Sequence record: PZ386973.1
Reading direction: 5' to 3' (one strand)
DNA length: 64,000 nucleotides
Origin: a phage
How positions within the stretch are numbered: position 1 is the first letter of the stretch; the number at the start of each line of letters is the position of its first letter. The position numbers and the translations under genes were made by a program. Under the pieces are notes generated by a model, which worked only from the letters and a program-made list of their open reading frames with translations, searched no databases and was not told where the DNA came from. Of this stretch, positions 18,575 to 27,548 are shown piece after piece.

Positions 18575-19396
18575 ATGGGTAAATTACAAAAACAAATACT
18601 ACCATATATAGATTATATTCGAGAAATTATAGAGTATAATCCTTATACCGGTAAATTATTTTATAAGCCTAATAAATACAAGAATAAAACTTGGCACACC
18701 CTATATGCTGGGAGAGAAATATGTAGTAAGAACTCTGATGGGTACATCAGGGTTAGTTTGCTATTAGATAATAAACCCACAATTATTTATGGACACCGAA
18801 TAGCGTGGTTGCTCCATTATGGTGAAGAGCCGCCTTATATGATCGACCATATAAATACCATACCGTGGGATAACAGAATTATTAATCTAAGAGAGACAAA
18901 TTTTAAGTTAAATAGGATTAATACTAGTAAAACCGTAGGTGTAGAACTCCTCCCCGAGGGTTTTGTGTATAGCATTACATTAGGTGGAAAGTTTTTCGTA
19001 TCTCCTGGCTTCACCACTTTCGAACAAGCTAAAGTAGAAAGAGAAAAACTAGTAAATGGTTTATGTAATGCAGAAATTGGGAAGCAGACCAATATTCTAA
19101 TAGACGATGTTAGAGATTTACCTGAAATGTCCATTATTTGTCGTACAGTTATAGGTGCGCTGGAACTATCAGATGTGTTTAGTTTTACAGGATCCTATTT
19201 ATTTATGGACTCAGATTTAGGAGATCCAGAGGTACAAGGAAAAGATTTATTAGATCATATACTATCATTAGGTCAAAGACCCCTAAAAGTGATTCTAGTA
19301 ACATCTAATCCTGTTGACGCAGAGTACATGAGAGGTACTCTTACGTCTTATGGATACCGAGAAAATCCCAATAGATTAGAATATGATCTATTTTAA
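18575..19396 (+). CDS. HNH homing-endonuclease-like protein with C-terminal extension
   Basis: GHRIAWLLHYG...IDHIN...NLRETN HNH-type motif in the N-terminal half. Confidence 0.65.
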   Translation: MGKLQKQILPYIDYIREIIEYNPYTGKLFYKPNKYKNKTWHTLYAGREICSKNSDGYIRVSLLLDNKPTIIYGHRIAWLLHYGEEPPYMIDHINTIPWDNRIINLRETNFKLNRINTSKTVGVELLPEGFVYSITLGGKFFVSPGFTTFEQAKVEREKLVNGLCNAEIGKQTNILIDDVRDLPEMSIICRTVIGALELSDVFSFTGSYLFMDSDLGDPEVQGKDLLDHILSLGQRPLKVILVTSNPVDAEYMRGTLTSYGYRENPNRLEYDLF

Positions 19397-19408
19397 GGAG
19401 TAAAAAGA

Positions 19409-19858
19409 ATGAAGGCAGCTTTGCTTTTAGTAGCTGCCCTTACCTTTAGCTTTAGTAGTCAGGCATCGCACGATGCAAAAGAAATAGATTGCATTGCTAA
19501 AAATATCTATTTCGAAAGTCGTGGTGAGGGCATAAAGGGAATGACGGCGATTGCACACGTTACTAAAAACCGTGTAAACTCCGGTAAATTCCCAGATTCC
19601 TACTGTAAAGTAGTATATCAGTCTAACCAGTTCTCTTGGGTATCTAAGAGACCAAAAGTTGATAAAACTGATGAGGCTTGGCAAACCGCCAAGAATTTAG
19701 CTAGAGTGATATACTACGTTGATTTACCACAAGATCCTACACATGGAGCTTTATACTTCCATAGTGGTAAAGATAAACCGTACTGGACAAAGAAGTTTAA
19801 GAAAACAACTAAGATTAAGGGACATACATTCTATAAACCTGTTGCCACTAAAACTTAA
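19409..19858 (+). CDS. secreted SleB-like cell-wall hydrolase
   Basis: Signal peptide MKAALLLVAALTFSFSSQA; NIYFESRGEG...VTKNRV...QFSW hydrolase pattern. Confidence 0.65.
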   Translation: MKAALLLVAALTFSFSSQASHDAKEIDCIAKNIYFESRGEGIKGMTAIAHVTKNRVNSGKFPDSYCKVVYQSNQFSWVSKRPKVDKTDEAWQTAKNLARVIYYVDLPQDPTHGALYFHSGKDKPYWTKKFKKTTKIKGHTFYKPVATKT

Positions 19859-19866
19859 AAATTTAC

Positions 19867-19895
19867 TTGCTTAAATACTTAAATTTCCGTATAAT
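19867..19895 (+). promoter_or_regulatory. early promoter module
   Basis: TTGCTT-N17-TATAAT. Confidence 0.55.
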
Positions 19896-19926
19896 ACTTC
19901 CATAAATTAATGAGAGGAAGCGAAAT

Positions 19927-20097
19927 ATGAAATCAGTTGTAATTATTGGTGTTAACACTCGCGGTATTCGTACTACGAAAACTGTTAAAACTTCTAACAT
20001 TGCTGAAATCACTACGAACCCTAAAAAGTTTGATTTCGCCAAAGTCTCAGCAGTTATGACAGAACAATCTTTTAACCAAGCATTGGGGATGAAATAA
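19927..20097 (+). CDS. hypothetical small protein
   Basis: ATG after GAGGAAG; about 56 codons; below the track length threshold. Confidence 0.35.
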   Translation: MKSVVIIGVNTRGIRTTKTVKTSNIAEITTNPKKFDFAKVSAVMTEQSFNQALGMK

Positions 20098-20531
20098 TGG
20101 GTACGAACATGATTCGTGTACTACGAGAGTTGATTGAAGATGCTCGTAAACGTGGAGATACTGTATCGGTTAAGCACCTAAGTACGATTCTAGGTGACTT
20201 GCAACGTATTAACAAGGATTGCATAACTAAGCTGGAATTTACTAACTGGCTGAAATCCCAGTTCAAGGCAATTGAGAATACACAGACTGCTGCTGAAAAA
20301 GCAAATGTCGAATATATTCCTGATGATGAATATCTAGATCTTTTAGCAGGTTTAGAGTATGAATACGCTTTGCAACAGCTGACTGAAACCGAAATTCGTA
20401 AATACTTTGCAGAACTAGTTAAATTAAACCCAGGTATTACCAAAGCCCTACTAATGAAAACTATTAAGGCAGAGTTCCCAGGGCGTTATGATGGTAAAAC
20501 AACTGCTTTGATTGCTAGTGAATTTTTCTAA
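20097..20531 (+). CDS. hypothetical protein
   Basis: Track ORF. Confidence 0.5.
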   Translation: MGTNMIRVLRELIEDARKRGDTVSVKHLSTILGDLQRINKDCITKLEFTNWLKSQFKAIENTQTAAEKANVEYIPDDEYLDLLAGLEYEYALQQLTETEIRKYFAELVKLNPGITKALLMKTIKAEFPGRYDGKTTALIASEFF

Positions 20532-20539
20532 AAATTCAT

Positions 20540-20568
20540 TTGCTAAATGCTTATAAATTCTGTATAAT
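20540..20568 (+). promoter_or_regulatory. early promoter module
   Basis: Reads into the 900-nt non-coding RNA region. Confidence 0.55.
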
Positions 20569-20801
20569 ATATTCATAAATTAGAGAACAGCGAGCCGATT
20601 ACGCTGAGTGCAGAATCCCAACCGGAGCGCATTGAATAGAGTCGGTGGGTTAGTTGTAAAACTAGTACACAGGGGGCGGCAATCCCGGTTAGTGGCTAGA
20701 ACGTGTAAAATGGGGCGTCTGAAACCTCTCCCTTAAACTCTTCTCTAATCTATAAATAGTGGGGTGTGGAAATCACTTATGTAGTAACACTGCCGTCCTA
20801 A

Positions 20802-20888
20802 GTTAATTGGTAGACTTCTGCACGCGGAGATTATATCTCCAGATGCGGAAAGTGCAGGTTCGAATCCTGCGGTCGGTAAGAACTGGAT
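20802..20888 (+). tRNA. tRNA-like element (isotype unresolved)
   Basis: GGTTCGAATCC T-loop; acceptor GCCGTCC/GGTCGGT has one mismatch; anticodon arm not resolved. Confidence 0.35.
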
Positions 20889-21380
20889 AACTGGTGCTTT
20901 TAACGTAAAAGCTTCCGAGGTTAGTTGCGCACTGCCTAAACCACGCGGTAGTTGGTTCCAGGCTAACCAACCCGTCTGCTGAATAGTTTTATTACGATTT
21001 AGCTATGTCCAGGCTAAAGAAGAACTTTAGAAGGTATTCTAGGATAGTGAAGTTCTTTCTCCATATCGGAGTAGTTTTTCAGGCTATCCACAAAGTGGGA
21101 AATGCTGACATGAGAGATGTCACTAATGGTGCACAATAGCACAGGTAATTCGCGATAACTCCTGTTGAGTAGCAGCAAAAGGCGGGAAGTCATGACCCCA
21201 AGCCTAACCGAGTCCTCAATATACCGCAGGACATAACCACTAAGTCACCCTGACTTAAACTGGAAAATAATAGACGTTACTGTATTTTGTCTTGAAATAC
21301 TTAATGAGTGAGACTTATGACTCTCCCGGTATCGTCTGTATTTTTAAGAATTTTTACGAGAGTTCTTAAAAATACTTAAA

Positions 21381-21452
21381 CGGGGTGTAGTCTAAGGGAG
21401 AGGCAGGAGTCTTCTAAATTCCTTTATGCAGGTTCGAATCCTGTCACCTCGG
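21381..21452 (+). tRNA. tRNA-Arg (anticodon TCT)
   Basis: 7-bp acceptor, T-arm GCAGG-TTCGAAT-CCTGT, anticodon loop CTTCTAA, encoded CCA. Confidence 0.7.
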
Positions 21453-21489
21453 CCAATTTTATTAACTGTAACTAAAACAAAGGAAATAT

Positions 21490-22437
21490 ATGTTTGCTAC
21501 TAAAAATATGAAAGAACTGACTTCTGAGCAGAAAGTAATTCGTACTATTAAACGTTGGGGTATTGGTGCTGTAGTTGGTTTAGCAGGTTTAATCCTAGCT
21601 TTTAATTCATATACTATTGTTTCTGATGGTACGGTTAAAACCCAAACATTCCTGGGTAAAGTAGACCCTAATCCAGTATTGCCAGGTTTCCATCTTGTAA
21701 ACCCGTTTGCATCTTTCGATACTTTTAGTACAAAAGATATTGCTGTAAAATTAGATAAACTTCAGGTTCCTAGTCAGGATAAGTTTAAATCCACTGTTGA
21801 CCTGACTGTTATGTTGCAGTTTGATGGTTCTAAGGCACCTATTAACCGTATTAATGCGGGTACTCAGGATCAGGCACTAGACAAGTATGTAACTGAAAAA
21901 TTACTATCTACTATTCGTGAGTTTGGTAAGTCTGTACCTAAAGCACAAGATTTGTTTGATGCTAAAATTCAGGCTCAATTGCAAACTGCAATTCAACAGG
22001 AAGTTGAAGAGTATGCACGCCCATATGGTTACACAGTTAAGCAGGTGTTCCTTCAGGATATTACTTTGCCACCGGTAATCATGGAACAGGTACAGAATAC
22101 CAAAGTTCGTGAAGAGCAAGTTAATGCTGCGAAAGCTGAACTGGCTCGTGTTGAACAGGAAGCACAGCAAAAAGTTAAACAAGCAGAAGCAGATCGTGAA
22201 GCTCGCAACAACCAAGCTATTGCTAATGAACGTGACGCAGATGCTAAACTGTACGCAGCTAAGAAAGAAGCTGAAGCTAACGCCGCATTGCAACGTACCA
22301 TTACTCCTGAGATGATTCGCTGGAAGCAACTGGAAGTTGAAATGATTCGTGCTCAGAAATACCAAGGTGGTGTACCACAGACGGTAGTTGGTACTGGTTA
22401 TGATGGCCAGATGATTATGGATATGCGTAACAAGTAA
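21490..22437 (+). CDS. SPFH/band-7 (prohibitin-like) membrane protein
   Basis: N-terminal TM helix, central SPFH-like region, Ala/Glu/Gln-rich coiled coil. Confidence 0.65.
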   Translation: MFATKNMKELTSEQKVIRTIKRWGIGAVVGLAGLILAFNSYTIVSDGTVKTQTFLGKVDPNPVLPGFHLVNPFASFDTFSTKDIAVKLDKLQVPSQDKFKSTVDLTVMLQFDGSKAPINRINAGTQDQALDKYVTEKLLSTIREFGKSVPKAQDLFDAKIQAQLQTAIQQEVEEYARPYGYTVKQVFLQDITLPPVIMEQVQNTKVREEQVNAAKAELARVEQEAQQKVKQAEADREARNNQAIANERDADAKLYAAKKEAEANAALQRTITPEMIRWKQLEVEMIRAQKYQGGVPQTVVGTGYDGQMIMDMRNK

Positions 22438-22514
22438 TAGTTACACGTAATCTTCGAACCAAGCCTGCGTTTCCCTCGAGAGCGCGGGCTTTTCTGTATT
22501 TAAGGCAAAAGAAA

Positions 22515-22549
22515 AAGCCCCTTACCTTTCGGCAGGGGCTTTTGTTTTT
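22515..22549. terminator. bidirectional terminator
   Basis: GCCCCTTACCTTTCGGCAGGGGC flanked by A-run and T-run between convergent genes. Confidence 0.6.
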
Positions 22550-22756
22550 GGTTTAGAACCACACTCTCGGTATACAGCAACCACCCATACGGGAGGCCAA
22601 TCTTGACTGAAAATCTACTCTAGGGGGCAGGATAAGAGTAGGCTTAAAGGCAAACGGATTGAACGCCGGTATTTGCGTAAACATTGCTGGAGAGCAACAA
22701 CGTGCTACAGGCATTGGGCAGCACGAAACAGATTTTCTGCAACACATAATTCCTCC

Positions 22757-23173
22757 TTAGGAGTTATTACCGCTATTTTGAGCTTTTGCAATTTGGCTTT
22801 GGCAGAAGCTATTAAACTTACCCATAAGTGATACAAGCTGCCTCCCATCCTCTGTCTTTGCGAAGTCTTCGAAAAGGGCTAGTACTGCCTGTCCTTCCGC
22901 AGAAACCTGCGGTTGTTGGGTTTGCTGCTGAACTTGCTGCTGAGGCACCTGTTGCTGCATTTGTTGAGGCATTTGCGACTGCCCGCTCATTTGCTGCATC
23001 ATTTGCATAGGACTTACACTTCCAGGGTTTTGCTGGAGTTGTTGCTGCATCTGTTGCGCTTCTGCTAAACGCTGTTGCAATTGTTGTAAGTAGGGGTTAT
23101 CCAGACCCGGAATGGGCTGCTGGGAGCCCATACTTTGATTAAGTCCGTTATTTACAAAACCATATTTACTCAT
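22757..23173 (-). CDS. Gln-rich low-complexity protein
   Basis: Track ORF; GGGGAGGAG RBS; QQLQQ repeats. Confidence 0.5.
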   Translation of the reverse strand: MSKYGFVNNGLNQSMGSQQPIPGLDNPYLQQLQQRLAEAQQMQQQLQQNPGSVSPMQMMQQMSGQSQMPQQMQQQVPQQQVQQQTQQPQVSAEGQAVLALFEDFAKTEDGRQLVSLMGKFNSFCQSQIAKAQNSGNNS

Positions 23174-23194
23174 AATGGGCTCCTCCCCTTAATA

Positions 23195-24181
23195 TTAAGC
23201 CGGCAGTTTAGCCTGCAGACCAGCCAGAGTCTGAGTGATCGCACCAAGACTTACAGCGATTTGATTAATTACCTGACCATTAGCACCGTTACCCGCAGCG
23301 ATTGCCTCACGTAGGCGACATGCATCTAACTCATCCTGAATACGCGCAGTAGTTACACCAGCGATCGCAGTCTGAAGTTCACAGCAACATTCAGAGATCT
23401 GACGTTCCAGAGAATTCTGGTTAGCACACATCTGAGCCTGAACAGCGGCAAACTGGTTATTAGTTTGTAAAGTCTGCTGGAAAGCGATCTGTGCAGAATC
23501 AAACTTATCTTGTGCACGAGCTATCTGGTTAGCTGCGAAAGATTGATCAATCTGGCGAGAAAGATCGAACTGACCCTGAATAACGTTGCGAGTTTCCTGG
23601 CAGATCTGATTAGACAGATTAGCACCTGTACCATAGATCGTAGTTAGTACAGACTGAGTATCACGGCTCTGGTTTTGGGATGTCTGGCTAAAACCATTGT
23701 TAACTGCGCTTAAAACAGCTCCAGTACCCTGGTTAGCTTCTGTACGAGTAGTGTTAATAGCTGCTAGAATACTAGCGGTATCTTGGTTCTGAAGTACTGC
23801 ATCAACTGCGGTACCATCACCAACTACACCACGTCCACCGAATCCACCGAAACCACCGAATCCGCCTGTTAATAGAGCACCGATTAGGATAGCTCCGAAT
23901 AGTCCCATACCTTCACCACCGAAAGCACCTGCGTTTGCTGGGTAACCACCCAGTAGGCCAGGGAGGCCACTAGTAAATACGTTTACTGGTTCTTGCATTT
24001 TATGTTTTCCATATTTATGACAATGTTCATCATCGTCATCTTCTTCATCATCGTGTTCACGATGCTTTTCTTCGTAGGCTCTGACCTTCTCCCACTTTTT
24101 CTTATCTGATTCCTCGTGACGGTGCAGTTCTGCTGCAACGCTAGCGACGGTCTCAGGACTCTTAGCTACTTCTTCTGTCAT
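23195..24181 (-). CDS. acidic, Gly-zipper membrane protein, Q/N/S/T-rich
   Basis: ATG at 24181 after AGGAGG; DDEEDDDDEH stretch; GLFGAILIGALLTGGFGGFGGFGG segment. Confidence 0.5.
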   Translation of the reverse strand: MTEEVAKSPETVASVAAELHRHEESDKKKWEKVRAYEEKHREHDDEEDDDDEHCHKYGKHKMQEPVNVFTSGLPGLLGGYPANAGAFGGEGMGLFGAILIGALLTGGFGGFGGFGGRGVVGDGTAVDAVLQNQDTASILAAINTTRTEANQGTGAVLSAVNNGFSQTSQNQSRDTQSVLTTIYGTGANLSNQICQETRNVIQGQFDLSRQIDQSFAANQIARAQDKFDSAQIAFQQTLQTNNQFAAVQAQMCANQNSLERQISECCCELQTAIAGVTTARIQDELDACRLREAIAAGNGANGQVINQIAVSLGAITQTLAGLQAKLPA

Positions 24182-24243
24182 TTTTTGACACCTCCTAGTA
24201 TATAGAAAATGTGTGTCTCTTTGATCACTCATCCATAACATAT

Positions 24244-24272
24244 ACTTTACACTACCCCAGCGAAAATGTCAA
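24244..24272 (-). promoter_or_regulatory. minus-strand promoter (TTGACA-N17-TAAAGT)
   Basis: Different hexamer type from the plus-strand early promoter family. Confidence 0.4.
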
Positions 24273-24388
24273 GGGGTCTTTAAAAATTGCCCCCGGATTT
24301 TTAGTGGGGTCACAAATTTTGGTCCTCACCACTTATATGCTACCCTTAAGTGCCCTATGATTTTCCTCTAAAAAGTTAAAAAATTTGA

Positions 24389-24417
24389 TTGCTTGAATGC
24401 TAAATTCTCTGTATAAT
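24389..24417 (+). promoter_or_regulatory. early promoter module
   Basis: TTGCTT-N17-TATAAT. Confidence 0.55.
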
Positions 24418-24447
24418 GTATCTATAAATTTGAGAGAGGAACCAAAT

Positions 24448-24966
24448 ATGAATGTTGACGAGCTAACACAGCACCTCTTATCTAGAGGATTTGATACAGA
24501 TAAATATCATTGCTGGTTAAGTCCGGAAGGATGGCTAACAGTCCCGTTGTATGATTTCTCTGGGATGTTGAGGGGCTATCAGACGTATAATCCTTCTGCT
24601 CCAAAAGGTCATGGTAAGTGCCCCTTTGAGGCTAAATATTTTACCTGCTCTACTACACAGTGTGTATGGGGGCTAGAAACTCTCAATGGAGATGAAAAAG
24701 TAGTATTGATCGCTGAATCTGTATTTAAGGCAGTTGCGTTACACAACGCTGGTTATCCAGCCCTGGCAATGTTGGGTTCTTCTCCAGGAAAAGCGTTATT
24801 AAAGCAACTGAAATTATTACCTTTTAAATTGGTAGCTGTCGGAGATAATGATCCTGCGGGTGAAAAATTTGCTAGAAAATTAAACGGCTTTGTTTCTCCC
24901 GTAGATGTGGATGAGATGTCTACCGAAAACTTGAAAAATTTTCTTGCTATGAAGCTAAATTTCTAA
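24448..24966 (+). CDS. Toprim-domain protein
   Basis: LIAESVFKAVAL...VAVGDNDPAGEKFA (E plus DxD Toprim signature); ATG 24448 after the promoter module. Confidence 0.5.
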   Translation: MNVDELTQHLLSRGFDTDKYHCWLSPEGWLTVPLYDFSGMLRGYQTYNPSAPKGHGKCPFEAKYFTCSTTQCVWGLETLNGDEKVVLIAESVFKAVALHNAGYPALAMLGSSPGKALLKQLKLLPFKLVAVGDNDPAGEKFARKLNGFVSPVDVDEMSTENLKNFLAMKLNF

Positions 24967-24972
24967 TATAAT
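24944..24972 (+). promoter_or_regulatory. early promoter overlapping the 3' end of the Toprim gene
   Basis: TTGCTA-N17-TATAAT; -35 lies inside the coding sequence; drives the tRNAs at 24988. Confidence 0.45.
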
Positions 24973-24987
24973 ATATCTTATAAATTC

Positions 24988-25078
24988 GGAAGATTAACCC
25001 TAAAGGTAAGGGAGCTGTTTGCTAAACAGCCAGTAACTGTGGAAACATGGTGTGCCAGTTCGAGTCTGGCATCTTCCT
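24988..25078 (+). tRNA. tRNA-Ser (anticodon GCT)
   Basis: Acceptor GGAAGAT/ATCTTCC, anticodon loop TTGCTAA, long variable arm, T-arm GCCAG-TTCGAGT-CTGGC. Confidence 0.7.
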
Positions 25079-25087
25079 CCAGATTTT

Positions 25088-25162
25088 GGTTCTCAAGCTC
25101 ATATGGTATGAGCACCCGGCTCATAACCGGAAGGTACGTAGGTTCGAATCCTCGGGGAGCCA
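25088..25162 (+). tRNA. tRNA with CAT anticodon (Met or Ile2)
   Basis: Acceptor GGTTCTC/GGGAGCC with G-U pairs, D-stem GCTC/GAGC, loop CTCATAA; T-stem pairing weak. Confidence 0.55.
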
Positions 25163-25383
25163 CCAACTTAATTAGGGGATTACAAGTGGAATTATACATA
25201 GTTTATGTTGTGTTTATTCAAGATAGAGAATACCCGGATGAATATAAAAAAGGATATAGGTTAGCCAGAGCTACCTCTGAGGCCCAAGCTATGGATAAAG
25301 TGGCAGATTATATGATTATGGTAGAAAACGTATACTATATCGACTCCCTTGAAGCCTCAAAAGTAATTGACTAAGGAGACTAT

Positions 25384-25569
25384 ATGTCTAAGTTTCAAGA
25401 ACTCAAGCAAGAGCTAGAAGAATGTGCCTGCCCTGAATGTAGGGGGATTGGTGAAAGTTCTGATGCAGAAGCAGGAGATACTTTTTGCAATATCTGGATT
25501 TGTTCAAATTGCAACGGTACAGGTATTAATCCTAACTGCGGTATTTCCCTAGATATTGAACGAGGATAA
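25384..25569 (+). CDS. small Cys-rich (zinc-ribbon-like) protein
   Basis: CACPEC...CSNCNG. Confidence 0.4.
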   Translation: MSKFQELKQELEECACPECRGIGESSDAEAGDTFCNIWICSNCNGTGINPNCGISLDIERG

Positions 25570-25671
25570 TACCTGTGAAACTAAAAGATTATTATATTGG
25601 TTGGTTTGTGGGACTAGTAGTAGGATTTTCACTAGGCTATAATATGTATCAACTAATAAACTGATTACATG

Positions 25672-25745
25672 GGGGGTGTAATCGAATTGGCATAGGTACT
25701 GGACTTAAAATTCAGGTTTTGTGGGTTCGAATCCCACCACCCCTA
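25672..25745 (+). tRNA. tRNA, anticodon read as TAA (Leu-type) on a class I body
   Basis: Acceptor GGGGGTG/CACCCCT, T-arm GTGGG-TTCGAAT-CCCAC, loop CTTAAAA, A73, short variable loop. Confidence 0.55.
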
Positions 25746-25763
25746 CCAAATTAAGGAATTAAG

Positions 25764-25931
25764 ATGTATAGACCTCCTCCGCCACCAACACGTCGTTCTA
25801 GGGAAGTCATCCTTATGGAATTGACGAAAAACTTCAAGGCGACTCTTGAGGATAGAGACTTAGGCACAGATGAAGACGTTGATTTCATTTGTAAACTATT
25901 AAAAATGAAACTGGAGAAACAACATGGCTAA
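25764..25931 (+). CDS. hypothetical small protein
   Basis: ATG after AAGGA; 55 codons. Confidence 0.4.
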   Translation: MYRPPPPPTRRSREVILMELTKNFKATLEDRDLGTDEDVDFICKLLKMKLEKQHG

Positions 25932-26130
25932 TCCTGAAATTACCATGCAACGACTCATGACTAAAGGCATGATAGCCGAGGCAGGTATTGAACAAGAAGT
26001 AAAAGGCTATTACGAACAGATTAAGACTATTATAGACTCTGCTAAAAACACCGGAGAAAAAGAACACGGTGCAGCAATTATGGCTATAACTCTTATTAGT
26101 CTAGACTTGGCCGAAGAATCTGGAGTTTAG
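25924..26130 (+). CDS. hypothetical protein
   Basis: Track ORF. Confidence 0.45.
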   Translation: MANPEITMQRLMTKGMIAEAGIEQEVKGYYEQIKTIIDSAKNTGEKEHGAAIMAITLISLDLAEESGV

Positions 26131-26160
26131 CTCCTCCAAACAGAATTTTTAAAAATGTAC

Positions 26161-26190
26161 TTGCTTTTTGTCTTAAATTTCTGATATAAT
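26161..26190 (+). promoter_or_regulatory. early promoter module
   Basis: TTGCTT-N18-TATAAT. Confidence 0.5.
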
Positions 26191-26220
26191 AGTCATATAA
26201 ATTGATGAAGGAGTTAACTA

Positions 26221-26496
26221 ATGCAAAATCGTGTTGTAGCAACTGGTATTGAAAGTGCAATCTGTAAATCCTGGGAAGGCTGGGAAGGTGAGATTGAATG
26301 GCTTTATTTCTACGATGTAGAACTCCTGCCGGAAGTTAAAGCTAAATGCGTTGAAGCTGGTATGGCTCCAGATGCAAAAGCTGATATTGATATTTCAATG
26401 TCTGAACTTAAAGGTCGTGTAGTTACCGTTAGTAATGAGGGGGAAGAAGTTTTTGAACTTCCGTTCTCCTTAGCTGTCACTCCTAAGTTCGACTAA
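26221..26496 (+). CDS. hypothetical protein
   Basis: Track ORF. Confidence 0.45.
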   Translation: MQNRVVATGIESAICKSWEGWEGEIEWLYFYDVELLPEVKAKCVEAGMAPDAKADIDISMSELKGRVVTVSNEGEEVFELPFSLAVTPKFD

Positions 26497-26532
26497 CTAA
26501 TACAGCACTGAGCAAGTTCTTCAAAATCTGAC

Positions 26533-26561
26533 TTGCTCAGTGCCCTAAAACTTGATATAAT
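26533..26561 (+). promoter_or_regulatory. early promoter module
   Basis: TTGCTC-N17-TATAAT inside a hairpin-forming region. Confidence 0.5.
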
Positions 26562-26624
26562 AGTTATCTAATTTGGAAACATATTTAAAAGTGTTTAAAC
26601 AAGTATTTGAATGCTTCTAAATAT

Positions 26625-26709
26625 GGGCGTTTATTCCGTAAGTGGTAGCGGAGGGGATTGTAAATCCCTGGTCATTGCGACTCGAGTGGTTCGACTCCAT
26701 TAACGCCCA
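26625..26709 (+). tRNA. tRNA-Tyr (anticodon GTA)
   Basis: Acceptor GGGCGTT/AACGCCC, loop TTGTAAA, long variable arm, encoded CCA. Confidence 0.75.
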
Positions 26710-26720
26710 CCAAATTTAAT

Positions 26721-26792
26721 GCACCTATCGTCTAATGGCTAGGACATCAGGATTTCAATCTGAGAATCGGAGTTCAATTCTCCGTGGGTGTA
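26721..26792 (+). tRNA. tRNA-Glu (anticodon TTC)
   Basis: Full cloverleaf traced (72 nt); loop ATTTCAA; T-arm CGGAG-TTCAATT-CTCCG. Confidence 0.7.
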
Positions 26793-26802
26793 CCAATTTC
26801 TG

Positions 26803-26877
26803 CATTCCTAGAGTGTTACTGGACAGCATGTCGGTCTCCAAAACCGTACGGTCTAGGTTCGAGTCCTAGTGGGTTTG
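26803..26877 (+). tRNA. tRNA-like element (possible Trp, CCA anticodon)
   Basis: T-arm CTAGG-TTCGAGT-CCTAG and loop CTCCAAA present; acceptor pairing not confirmed. Confidence 0.35.
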
Positions 26878-26886
26878 CCAAAATTT

Positions 26887-26958
26887 GCACCTTTAGCTGA
26901 GATGGATTAGCGCTTGCCTGAAGAGCTTGAGAGGTTCGTTCGATTCGAACAGGGTGCA
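26887..26958 (+). tRNA. tRNA-Phe (anticodon GAA)
   Basis: Acceptor GCACCTT/AGGGTGC, D-stem GCTG/TAGC, loop CTGAAGA; two anticodon-stem mismatches. Confidence 0.55.
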
Positions 26959-26978
26959 CCAATTTGAAGGAGATGCTG

Positions 26979-27251
26979 ATGCATCCTGAAAACTTCTTTA
27001 TTTACTGCGCGGATAAGTCGCTGAAACGTAGAATTAACAAAGTCTATCATTATCGTGCTAGTCAACAGCCTTATATATACGCTTTTGACGGTGATCACAT
27101 TCCACTAGAACAATTATCCTGTGATTACATGATATTGAAGAACTTTGACGAGACAAAGATCTCAAGCGTTCATAATCGACAGAATCCATTAACGTGGAAA
27201 TATAAGAAGAAAAAGAAAGGCATCAAATTCTTAAAAAATGTAGTTGCTTAG
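26979..27251 (+). CDS. hypothetical protein
   Basis: ATG with AAGGAG 6 nt upstream. Confidence 0.4.
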   Translation: MHPENFFIYCADKSLKRRINKVYHYRASQQPYIYAFDGDHIPLEQLSCDYMILKNFDETKISSVHNRQNPLTWKYKKKKKGIKFLKNVVA

Positions 27252-27272
27252 TTTCCAAAAGTTCTGTATAAT
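27244..27272 (+). promoter_or_regulatory. early promoter module
   Basis: TTGCTT-N17-TATAAT. Confidence 0.55.
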
Positions 27273-27320
27273 AATTACATAAATTGAACTGGAGAAGCAA
27301 CATGACAGAACAAGATAAAT

Positions 27321-27393
27321 CGACCGTTGGCTGAATGGCTTAGGCGAAGGATTGCAAATCCTTTTTATGTGAGTTCAAATCTCATGCGGTCGT
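27321..27393 (+). tRNA. tRNA-Cys (anticodon GCA)
   Basis: Acceptor CGACCGT/GCGGTCG, anticodon stem AAGGA/TCCTT, loop TTGCAAA. Confidence 0.7.
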
Positions 27394-27548
27394 CCAATTT
27401 GCTGAAAGAATTGTTAAATCAATTCAGGCACGCGTAGGAACACTGTCTCCGTAATTGAAAGATGAGACACGGTTTGGAGAGGTATGCCGCTACACGCTAC
27501 GGTGCTAACTCCGTCTAGGTGAAAATCCTAGTCAGCAATATAAATTTA

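Noticed and set aside
25039-25374. Track ORF of 111 aa on the plus strand
   Set aside because: Its first 120 nt overlap tRNA-Ser and the CAT tRNA; only a short 3' portion from about 25186 could be coding, with low confidence.
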